From Lama glama (lineage: Eukaryota): DNA of 64,000 nucleotides. The notes under the pieces were generated by a model. The model was not told where the DNA came from and made no database searches. It saw nothing but the letters and a program-made list of their open reading frames with translations. The stretch's first letter is position 1; each line of letters opens with the position of its first letter. The DNA lies in NCBI GenBank assembly GCA_028534125.1, contig CM052817.1, positions 71,612,001 to 71,676,000 of the forward strand, read 5' to 3'. This document shows positions 12,089 to 22,467 of the stretch, piece after piece. The position numbers were made by a program, and so were the translations under genes.

Positions 12089-13113
12089 TATAAAATATTC
12101 CAGAAGCAAAGATGCAGAAGTATCAGGGTTACCCTACTAAAAGACACAAAAAGGTTAAAAAAAAAAAAAGCAAAGAAAAAGCAAGGTGAGTCAAAATCAG
12201 GAAAAATACAATGGGAAAAATACAAATAAGTAATCAGAGCTGATGTAGAATTCTCATGATCTCATAAATTATTTCAGAGACATTTAGGTGAGAGAAATGT
12301 GCTCATGAAAGGAAGAAGTATTTTTTTTTTCAAGTTACCCTGTGTCAAGGATATTGGCATGTTGTGGTTAGTCTTTTCTTCTAGTGACAGGATTACAGAC
12401 ATACAATTCTAGAGATAGGCAGGTGGAGAAAAAATTTCAGAACTCTACTGGGGAGAAAAAAGATTTCTTTTAAAATCATTTTTTATTATTAAAGACAAGG
12501 AGCTGTGTAATAGCTAATCATCTCAATGGTGTTATCGCTCTGAGTAGCATATTAGTACATTCACAATTTTAAAGCCCTTTCTGTTTAATTTCAGAGATTC
12601 TATTCCTGGAAGAATAACTTACAGACTAGCATTCTGAAAATATGCAAGGAATTATATGAATAATTGTTCAGTTGAATAGGATAAAGGATAGATACTCATG
12701 CTCATATTGTGTGTTCATAAATTAAACCTGCCCATCTGTAGGAGGCAATTGGTAGCTACCTTTCAGTTAACATTTTTAGTTTGATCATAATCATTCAACA
12801 GCTGGCATTTTTGCAAGGCTAGGAAGGATTGTAATTTACAGTTGTACAAGAGGTGATGATTTATTTGCTCACTGAAATTTTCATTTGAATTTGATGTGGG
12901 AGAATATCTGAATATCATGAAAAGAAAATTCACAACCACCAAACCCCTTAAAATCTGATGAAAAAATTGTATCTCTTGTCCAAACATGTCTTGTAAACTT
13001 AATTCAAAGTATATAGCTGAAATGTCTAGCCTAGTTATGGCAAAAAGACTTTAAAGAATTCTTTTGTTTTGCAATTGCTGCTTATATATTAAATTAGTTT
13101 TGAACTCAATATT

Positions 13114-13220
13114 TTTTTTAAATAAATAGGTTTATTTATTTTTGATGGAGGTGCTGGGGATTGAGCCAGGAGCTTGCACATGCTAGGCATGCACTCTACC
13201 ACTGAGCTATACCCTCCCCC
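13114..13220 (-). mobile_element. tRNA-derived camelid SINE (vic-1 type)
   Basis: Reverse complement GGGGGAGGGTATAGCTCAGTGGTAGAGTGCATGCCTAGCATGTGCAAGCTCCTGGCTCAATCCCCAGCACCTCCA plus A-rich tail. A box and degenerate B box. Perfect TSD tgaactcaatatt at 13101-13113 and 13221-13233. Confidence 0.92.
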
Positions 13221-13334
13221 TGAACTCAATATTATAAAATAATAAAACTACCCTAAATTCTTTGTTTTAAATTTTATCATTGGTTGATATTATCAAGGGA
13301 ATGGTATAGTAACATGCCATTTTCTTTCACTGGA

Positions 13335-13570
13335 TCATTCATTCACTCATCCATTCAATAAATACTTATCTACCTACTATGTGCCAAAAACTAACTTAAG
13401 TACTAAGGATTCATAACAGCAAAAGACATGTCCATGTTGCCATGTCACTGTCAGTTCAGTGGAGAAATAGCCAGATGAGCAGATAAGTCATCAAACAAGG
13501 GAAGTGGTGTAAGAGGGAGCTGAACCAAGCCTGCTGGGGCACAGAGAGGAGCACGTAACCTTCATTTAAG
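13335..13570 (-). mobile_element. L2 3' end fragment
   Basis: cattcattcactcatccattcaataaatacttatctacctactatgtgcca. Confidence 0.8.
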
Positions 13571-14004
13571 AGAAACCTTCATTTTCCTTAAAAAAAAAAA
13601 AAGCCCTTTCTTCCACAAAGGGAAGTTAAAGCTGTAGGAATATGGATATAAGGTAATGCATTCCTCATTTCAATATGCAAATTGAACAAAGATTTCTAAT
13701 TAGATGCTATAGCTGCTTCGGTTTTATAAATGGAGAATTTCACTACTGTCTACAATGGACACTATACACTGTGCATTAAGAGTATGTATATGACAGGAGG
13801 AAGATCATTACGTAGCAGAAGGAAAATTATTTTATAGAGAGTGCAACATACTAAAACTGGGCTTTCTACTAGTAAGCAGCAAAGAGATGGTTACGAAGAA
13901 GAAGACGGCACAAACAAGTGATGAGCAGTCAACATCTGCTCTCACTTACTGAAGACCACAGTGTTTGATGCCAATCAATCTCGGGTTAATGTATTTTGGG
14001 TAAT

Positions 14005-14200
14005 GTGCCATTTACTAACTGTGAACACTTATGAAAGTCAATCAATTTCTTGAAGATTCAGTTTTCTCCTGTGAAAAAGGGGGATAATAATACTTCATAG
14101 GGTTGTTGTGAGGATTATATGAAAAATCTTAGTAAAACTCTTAGCACAGAGCCTGGGAATTAGATATGTTTAATAAATGGTGGCCACTATTATTATTAAT
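14005..14200 (+). mobile_element. MIR SINE
   Basis: gccatttactaactgtg...cagttttctcctgtgaaaaagggggataataatacttcatagggttgttgtgaggatta...cttagcacagagcctgg. Confidence 0.9.
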
Positions 14201-14560
14201 TTACCTTGCCAAGTTTTTTTTTTTAATCTTTACATGGGTTATTGATATTCTGGCACTATGTCTGGGACTTTTACTCCTTAAAGCTAGAAAGGGATCAACA
14301 AAGGGAAAGACTTATGGAGAGACTGGCTTCAGACCTAACAGAAGTAGCCACCTGCTTGTAGTGCTTTCTTTCACAGAAAATCTAAATCAAGAAGTATCAT
14401 GGGTGGCTGGAACACAGGTTAAAACTCAGAAAGTCAACAAATACTTATTGCAGCACAGCTAAGTACACAAAATTCTGTAGACTCCATCATTGGAGCTCTC
14501 TGATTCTCAGTTTCCTTGTCTATAAAGAGTTGGGTTAACCCTCCAGCTTCAATTACAAGT

Positions 14561-14790
14561 TGTATTAGTTAGAATTAGATGCTGCTGTAACTGGAAAAGC
14601 AAAACTGTAAACAGAACTGCGGGGAGCCACTCATGACCTGAGGACTGCTGAGCAGAGAACAGGACAATAAATCCCAAAGTGCTGGCATCAGGCTCTGAGA
14701 TTGATCTAACAAAGACAATCTCTGTCCCGCCACCCCTTTTCAGGAAAGAATGCACCAGGTGATCTAAAAGCCCTAGGAACATCTTGAGCC
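14561..14790 (-). mobile_element. MaLR (MLT1-like) LTR fragment
   Basis: Begins tgtattagttagaattagatgctgctgtaac, the reverse of an MLT1 3' end. Confidence 0.45.
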
Positions 14791-14794
14791 ATTA

Positions 14795-15294
14795 NNNNNN
14801 NNNNNNNNNNNNNNNNNNNNNNNNNNNNNNNNNNNNNNNNNNNNNNNNNNNNNNNNNNNNNNNNNNNNNNNNNNNNNNNNNNNNNNNNNNNNNNNNNNNN
14901 NNNNNNNNNNNNNNNNNNNNNNNNNNNNNNNNNNNNNNNNNNNNNNNNNNNNNNNNNNNNNNNNNNNNNNNNNNNNNNNNNNNNNNNNNNNNNNNNNNNN
15001 NNNNNNNNNNNNNNNNNNNNNNNNNNNNNNNNNNNNNNNNNNNNNNNNNNNNNNNNNNNNNNNNNNNNNNNNNNNNNNNNNNNNNNNNNNNNNNNNNNNN
15101 NNNNNNNNNNNNNNNNNNNNNNNNNNNNNNNNNNNNNNNNNNNNNNNNNNNNNNNNNNNNNNNNNNNNNNNNNNNNNNNNNNNNNNNNNNNNNNNNNNNN
15201 NNNNNNNNNNNNNNNNNNNNNNNNNNNNNNNNNNNNNNNNNNNNNNNNNNNNNNNNNNNNNNNNNNNNNNNNNNNNNNNNNNNNNNNNNNNNNN
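14795..15294. other. Assembly gap (500 N)
   Basis: Run of exactly 500 N, probably a placeholder size. Confidence 1.
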
Positions 15295-16702
15295 TCATGC
15301 CTTCAGGGGATTTCTCTTGCTCTTTTAATTGGGAGTGGTTCCTCTGCTTCTTCATATTGCTCATATCTCTCTGGCACTGTGGCTTAAGGAGTATCAGTTA
15401 TCTAGTTCTCCTAGAGATGCTGTGCTCTTAATGATTTTATCGAGAGGTCTTTGTGTCTTTGTCCTGTTTCACGTACTCAGCTTGCTGTTTCCAGAGGCCC
15501 TCTGTTGGCACCCACGTGTGTGCTGCTCCCAATGGCTGTTGGCTATCAGATCATGCCTCCTCCTAACACTGGGTCAGGTGCTGAGCTCTTACCTGGTGGG
15601 CAGGCGGGTCACTCCCCCTTCCGGTGCTGCAGTCAGATGCTGTGCTCGGGGGGAGGCAGGTGGGCGGATGGCACCCCCTCCTGGCACCATGGTCAGGTGC
15701 TGCATTCCTGCCAGAAAGGGGGGTGGCTGCCTGTCCTCTCCCTGCGCCGGTTGCTCCGCTGCTCTGTGCAGCTGCCCGCTACACCTCTGGTGGGAGCTCC
15801 AAAGGCGGGCTCCAGGAAGACCACAGAATGGCCCCGCCCCTGCTCTGTGCCAAATCTCAGCTCCTTGTTTGTCTTGGTGGCGCAAGTTCGCTGAGGTGCC
15901 AGGGCAGAAAGATCCTATCTGCCTCGGGCTGTAAACAAGTCTCAGTCCTGTCCAGGAGGTTGCGGAGCCCCCGCATGCAGATTCAGAGCTCGCCCCCACC
16001 CCCTGCCCAGGCGCTGCACACAGGATGAAATGGCGGCTGTGGCTGAGCCCGGCCTCTCTTCTCATGAGAAGCGCCAGTAATGGTGGTGCAGGTCTGAGGA
16101 GACAAAGGCTATGGCACCCCTCCCCCCAGGGCACACCAGCAGTGTTGCTTTGCTTTTTTATGCTATTTATGGGGGACTGAGGATGTTCTGCTCCATATCC
16201 CCTCCCAATCACAGCGTGCAGACCCCTGCAGTCCCCCGGGGCTGCCTCAGTGCAGCTGCCCCAGTCCTCCGCCTGGATCGGGCGGCCTGTCCTGGCCCCA
16301 GCTGCCGGCTCACATCTCAGGCTGGGTGTCGCGGGGACCCTCTGTGCCCGTTCAACTCAGTTCTGTCAGTCAAGGGGTGCTTGGGGCAGATCTGAGCCTC
16401 AGAGGCTCCCCCTCTGTCCTGCTGGCCTCTCCGTTGGAGAGGGGAGACCCAGCGAATGAGCGCCAGCCCTCCTTTGCTGCTCCCTCCCCATGGGATCGGT
16501 CCCACACTGTTTGGCTTTTTCTTCTTTCTTTTTTCCTTTTCTCCTAGCAGATTTTTTGTGTCTTTGTCTTTTGAAGAGGGTGATGTTCTGTCAGTTCGGC
16601 AGGTGCTCTGGTTGGCTGAGTAGCTCCGTAGATGTGAGTTTTGGTGTATTTGTCGGAGAGGGTGAGCTAAAAGCATCCTTCTACTCTGCCATCTTGCTTG
16701 AG
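15295..16702 (-). mobile_element. Relatively young LINE-1: GC/CpG-rich 5' UTR (internal promoter) and start of ORF1
   Basis: ORF1 N-terminus MSNMKKQRNHSQLKEQEKSPE starts at 15364 on -. The 5' end reads CAAGATGGC (YY1 motif, 16688-16696). CpG density is far above the rest of the window. Confidence 0.9.
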
Positions 16703-17440
16703 ATTATTCTGTGGACTTTTTAATGATACCCATTCTGACTGGTGTGAGGTGATACCTCATTGTAGTTTTGATTTGAGTTTCTTTAATAATGAGTGATATT
16801 GAGCATATTTTCATTTGCCTGTTGGCTATCTGCATGTCTTCTTTGGAGAAATGTCTATTTAGATCAGATCATTTTTTGATTGGGTTATTTATTTATTTGG
16901 ATATTGAAATGTATGAGCCATTTGTATATTTTGGAAATTAGGTCCTTGTTGGTCACGCTATTTGTAAATATTTTCTCCCATTTCATTGGTTGTCTTTTCA
17001 TTTTGTTTATGGTTTCTTTCACTGTGCAAAAGCTTTTAAGTTTAATTAGGTCCCATTTGCTTATTTTTACTTTTGTTTCAATTATTCTAGGAGATGGATC
17101 CAAAAAAATATTGCTGCAATTTATGTCAAAGAGTGTTCTGCCTATGTTTTCCTCTAGGTGTTTTGTAGTATCCAGTCTTACATTTAGGTCTTTAATCTAT
17201 TTTGAGTTTTTTTTTTTTTATGATGCTAGATAATGTCTAATTTCATTCTCTTACATGTAGCTGTCCAGCTTTTCCAGCACCACTTATTGAAGAGACTGTC
17301 TTTTCTCCATTGTATATTCTTGCCTCCTTTGTCTTGTTTAATTGATCATAAGTGTATGGGATTATTTCTGGGCTTTCTATCCTGTTCCATTGATGTGTCT
17401 GTTTTTGTGCCAATACCATACTGTTTTGATTACTGTAGCT
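16703..17440 (-). mobile_element. LINE-1 ORF2 3' portion
   Basis: Peptide [34 protein letters not shown] on -. Confidence 0.95.
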
Positions 17441-18010
17441 TGTTATTATTTCTTTTCTTCTGCTTCCTTTGGGTTTGTTTTGCTTCCATTTTTCTAGTTT
17501 CTTAAAGTGGAAACTTAAATTATTGATTTTAGATCTTTCTTCCTTTCTAACATGTGCATCAATGCTATAAATTTCCCTCTAATTAATGCCTTCACTGCAT
17601 CTCATAAATTTTGCTGTGTTTTCATCTTCATTTAGTTCAAAATATTTAAAAATTTCTCTTGATATGTCTTCTTTGTTCCAAATATTTAGAAGTATGCTGT
17701 TTAAGCTCCATGAATTTTGGAGTTTCCAGGTTATCTGTTATTGATTTCTGGTTTAATTCCATTGTGGTCTCAGAACAGACACTGTATGATTTCTACTCTT
17801 TTAAATTTGTTAAGATGTGTTTTATGGCTCAGAATGTGGTCTATCTTGATGAATATTCCATATGAGCTTTAGAAGAATATGTATTCTGCTGTGGTTGAAT
17901 GACATAGCCTATAGATGTCAATAGTATTGATTGATGGTGTTGTTGAGTTCAACAGTATCCTTAGTGATTTTCTGCCTGTTGGGTTTGTTCATTTATAAAA
18001 GAGTAGTGTA
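17441..18010 (-). mobile_element. Older L1 ORF2 fragment (endonuclease-proximal region)
   Basis: ttgattttagatctttcttcc...gctataaatttccctctaa...gtggtctatcttgatgaatattccatatgagctttagaagaatatgtattctgctg. Confidence 0.85.
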
Positions 18011-19309
18011 ACTAGTTTTCAGCTTCATCGTGCTGTAACATGTATAAGCAGCTTCTTTCCTTTTATTGCTGAATAGTATTCTACTGTGGATCTATATTTT
18101 GTTTATTTATTCCCATCAGCAATATGTGAACATGTCCATTTCACAGGAATTGGCATCCTCTTTAAAACAACAAATTAATAGATGCTTCAATTGTGAAATG
18201 TCATAATTTCTGCTTTAGTCGCCTGTAATTTTGCCCTTATATATAGCCAGGGTGTTCTCATCCATGAGAGTGTATCATAAGCATTTTTTCCCCCTAAACC
18301 CATGCAATTCTTGAATAAAAACTTCATAAATCCTTTACAGAAGCACTCAATTTTTGTTGGAGTATTAAAAAAAGTTGCTCCGATATGCATAATATTTCCT
18401 CCTGGAAATGTGGATTAGTTGATGTTGACTAAAACAAGTGAGCCAATTAAGATGTAGTGATACAGTTAAAGTCCTTATCTGTATTTTACTGTTTAAAAAT
18501 TTTTATATTATCTCAGCCAATCCTTTTATCAGCCCTACAAGGTAAGTGGAAAAGATATTTTAATCCTCTACAGGTAATGAAACAAATTAAGAAAAGTTAA
18601 GAGCTAAAATCTGATAGAGCCAAAACTCAAATCCAAGTGCCTCAGTGCTTTTTATATTTCAGTCAAACTTTATTGCCCATTGTCCATGGTGTCTACCATA
18701 GTGTTAGTGGTGTGTATGTGGTAATTCCAATCAAAGAGAACAGCATATATAAAACTAGAAAAGTCTGGCCACATAATTTGCCAGTGAAAATCGTATTATT
18801 AAAAATTATTAAGAATTTCAACATGCTGACATCAGTCTTAAACCAAGTGTAGAGCCCTTGTAAGATGGGATCTTATGAGGTGTTTCATGGGCCTTGGGTG
18901 CCATGAAGTTAGCCATGAGCTTGTGAAAGAATGCCCTATTCAGGCAACCACTAGTAAGAATGGAGTGTCAGATATTGTGGAGGTAGAAAAGTGAGGCAGA
19001 GTAGATAGGTGGGGGTGATAATTGACAGAACCCAAAGTACTAAAATTTTGTTCTATACTAACAGTCTCAATTTATCCCAAAGGCAGCGGAAGTCACCGAA
19101 TAATTTTAATTGGAAGAATTGCAACTAAATTTATATTTTAGAAAAATCAGCCTGATGTAAATTTCAAGGATGGATTTTTAAGGGTGAAACTGAAAGGAAG
19201 ATGAATAGGAAAGGAATATTGTCATCAGAAAATGCAAGAGCCTCAAGGCAATGGGACTTGAAATGCAGAAGAGTCAGATGTGCAAGCTACTGCTCCTTAA
19301 AGGTAGGCA

Positions 19310-19530
19310 CTTGTCTTATCTTTGAACCTGCTGGGCCACCAGCTCAGCTCTTATACCTCCTTGTGCCGTAGCTTGGAAAGTCCCTCCAGACAGAAAGCTG
19401 GGAATTCATTATAAGCTTCATCATTTTTCTGTCCCCTCTTTTAGGAAGCACAGTTTCATTCTGCTAATGTCTAAAAGCAATCATTTCTTACATTTTCTCA
19501 AGTTTTAAAATTTCTGCAGGGGTGAGGGCA
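19310..19530 (-). mobile_element. Ancient L1 (L1MC/ME/HAL1-type) 5' end fragment
   Basis: ggaaagtccctccagacagaaagctggg...tgtctaaaagcaatcatttcttacattttctcaagtttt. Confidence 0.5.
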
Positions 19531-20656
19531 ACTAAATAAGAAAGCATTTAAAAATATTAAAATTAGGTGTCAATTGCCTTTTATATTTTTATCATTTGGA
19601 AATGGAGAGAACTCCCAACTTCTTGCAATTACCTGACTACCTAACTAAATGATAAAGCTGTTTCCCCATGAATGTCATGTATAGCTTGTAACCAGGAGAG
19701 CATGTAGCTGTGTAATGGTAGCACGTGTTAAGTGTTTATTTGGACTTGGCCTAGAAATATTGTATGAAATTTTCTGTTCCTTAAGAGATCTCTAGTGCTT
19801 TCTCCTCCTGCGAGAGAACTTCCATTTTATTATTAGAGACCTTGTCCTTTGGCCTCTGGTTCCACCAAAGCACCAGCCTTTGCTCCGATAACTTCTATCC
19901 TGTAATTAAAGAAAGCTGACACTATTTGGAATACTGTAATCAATTCCTGCCCATTCAGCTCTACCTTTGCTAAGATAATGGTCCATAAGATTCATATGAG
20001 AACGTGTAAGCCCTAAATCAACCAGCCTGCACTGGTTCAGCAGTTCTATATGCTTGCACTGGTGCTTATTAGTTTATAGGAGCAAATCTATTCAGGCTGT
20101 AAGTTAACTATAATTAGATATTGTATGAAGAAAAAGATGTTGCCGTAAATACATGAAAACAGAAGAAAAGATGTTGCATTGCACTGTATTTTTGAAACAT
20201 CAACTTTTTCAGGGGAAAATTATTTTTCAAGAAGAAAAAAACTGTAGCTATACTCTGGACCACCATATTCCATAATTCCACTGCTTCTCTATAACACACA
20301 GTCTTTTGGCTTTGACTCTAACTTCAGATTTCCAGGTTAAGCTCTCCAGGAGTCATTCTTTTCTTAGCAATTAGGATATGATGTCATTAGGTAACAACAG
20401 ATATGTCGTCTAATAAACATTTAACAAATACTTACTGCATGCCTACTATGTATAAGCTATTATTCTGGGTGCAAATGTTACCTGTGATTTTTACAAATCA
20501 AAAGCAAATAATCATTTTAAAAGCAGTTTGTTTTCTTTACAGAACCTAATATAGCAAATTAATTTTAAATGAAGCTGGTTTTGACTGAAGACAATCTGGA
20601 GCAATTCAGACCCCAGGAGGCCCCAGTGATTGTGTCTGATGCTGGCTTAGGCCCAG

Positions 20657-20720
20657 TATTAGGCAGGGTTCTCCAGAGAAACAGAACAAATAGACTATAG
20701 ATATAGATTATAGATGTATC
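20657..20720 (-). mobile_element. MLT2 (ERVL) LTR terminal fragment
   Basis: tattaggcagggttctccagagaaacagaacaaatag followed by a degenerate simple repeat. Confidence 0.7.
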
Positions 20721-20919
20721 TTTAATAGATACATTTCCACTATTCCTTTTTATTACTAGATAGTGTAATGTTGAAGATAATATATGTCAGCTCCTCTGAC
20801 ACAAAGTAAGCATTCAGTCAATACTAGCTCTTGTATTAATTCTTAACAACTATTATTCTTCACTCAGTTCTAGGAGCTGGTTGGCAAAGGCAGCTGAGAC
20901 AGGAGAGACTTCTGGGGAT

Positions 20920-21600
20920 AAATGCTGACAGATAAGGACAGCAATTAGCATGTAGCAACTGCTCTTCAAAAACCCCAAGCTTAGAAGTGTGTGTATATCA
21001 TCATGAGGTAAGATGTTCAAGGAACAGCAAGAGGGCTAACATGGCTTGAATGGCAGGAGCAAAGAGGAACTAGATAAGAGGTGAAATTGGGAGGTAGTCA
21101 GGGGCATACGGTGTTAAGTCCATGTGGATCATGGCAAGAACCTAACGTTTTGTTCAAAGTATGAAGGAAAGCTATTGGATGAATTTGAGGAGAATTCTGT
21201 TATGACCTGATTGATATTTTTGAAAAGACTGTTTCAAATTTCGTACAGAATAGATTACAGAGGGAAAGGTAGGAGCATAAAGACAGAGAAAAGGGCTGTG
21301 GCAGTGATCTGGGAGGGCTGCTCTAACAGCCTGTACTGAAGAGGTAGGGGTGCAGTGAAAGAAGCAGTTGCAATCCTGGTGCTCACATACAGTACTGCTA
21401 ATAGAACTTCCTGATGGGTTAAATTAAGCTGGGAGAAAAAATCAAGATGATGCTTAGTTTATAGCCTAAGCAACGGGGTTTAGCAGTGTCATTAATTGAA
21501 ATTGGATAGAATATGTGAGAAGCAGACTTTGGGGGAGGAAGATCAAGAGTTATGCTCTGGCCGTGACATGTACGAGACACCTATCTGACCATGGCTTCAG
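20920..21600 (-). mobile_element. L2 fragment
   Basis: gatgttcaaggaacagcaagagggctaacatggc...gaaagctattggatgaatttgag...atcaagatgatgc. Confidence 0.7.
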
Positions 21601-22074
21601 ATACAAGTAGATATGGGTATACAGCATCTTAGATAAAACGGGATTTTATTTTTCTCTATCACAAGTTTGGGGACAGACAATCCAAGGCTTGTAAAGCAGC
21701 TCTGCTCCAAGAAAGTCCCTAGAATTTAAGGCTGTTTCCAGCTTTCCATTCTTCTATGCCTTGGGAATGGCCTTCAGGAACTAACTTGATTTTGCATAAT
21801 TATATTCATGTTCAGGGGGCAGGAATGCAGAAGGAAAAATTTGCAAAAGACATTTATTAGCTGGCTTCTAAGGAACATTCTTGGCAGCTGGCTCAAGACA
21901 CTTTAACTTAACAATTTAGTCCTTTAAACCAATCACATGGTCACACCTAGCTATAAGGCCGGGGGATCTGGCAAATGTTTTTATTCTGGGTATCATGTGC
22001 CCAGCTGAAAATTCTATTACTGAAGAGAAAGGGGAGAATGGATATTGGAAGAAAATCAACAAATTTCCACCACA
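21600..22074 (-). mobile_element. MaLR LTR (MLT1J-like)
   Basis: tcacatggtcacacctagctataagg...atgtgcccagctgaaaattctattactgaagagaaaggggagaatggatattgg...ccaca. Confidence 0.75.
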
Positions 22075-22422
22075 CCTGACTTGTCCTCTCTCCATTTCTC
22101 AGGACATCCATATCGCTAAATTTACTGGGCTATTTAAGACCTCACCTCATTTGACTTCTCAGTACATTCTACACTGTTGGTAGTTTCTTTCTCAAAACAC
22201 ATGCATCCTTTGGCTTCTGTGTCACAATCTTCCCATGTCTTGTGTCTTCTTCTTGTTGTTTTCTTCATGTCGTTTTCAGTCCTCCAGATTGCCCTCTCAT
22301 CTCCAAAGGTAAGTTAAGGGTTCATGAAAGGGACACCACTCCAGGTGTCAGCCTCCTTTTGGGTGACTTCTCCAGGTCCTGGTTGCTCTTCTCATCCCAA
22401 GACCTGTGCATTTGGCACTAGT

Positions 22423-22467
22423 CCAAGACTAGTTCTTAAGGATCCAAGTCTAGTTCTTAAGGATCCA
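22423..22467. repeat. 21-bp tandem duplication
   Basis: ccaagactagttcttaaggat followed by ccaagtctagttcttaaggat and cca. Confidence 0.9.

Noticed and set aside
12853..12958. Box C/D snoRNA (GTGATGA ... CTGA); a similar C-box-like motif lies at 11430
   Set aside because: No terminal stem and no recognisable rRNA or snRNA guide sequence. These short motifs are frequent by chance.
13144..13220. tRNA gene
   Set aside because: The tRNA-like head belongs to a SINE with an A-rich tail and TSD, and the B box is degenerate.
14784..15431. 215-aa and 190-aa ORFs in the track
   Set aside because: They consist almost entirely of translated N gap. Only the L1 ORF1 N-terminus is real.
15329..16723. Long overlapping ORFs (201, 147, 207, 134 and 119 aa) as novel genes or an ORF0 analogue
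   Set aside because: They lie in a GC-rich L1 5' UTR where stop codons are naturally rare. Several use non-ATG starts and the peptides show no recognisable domain.
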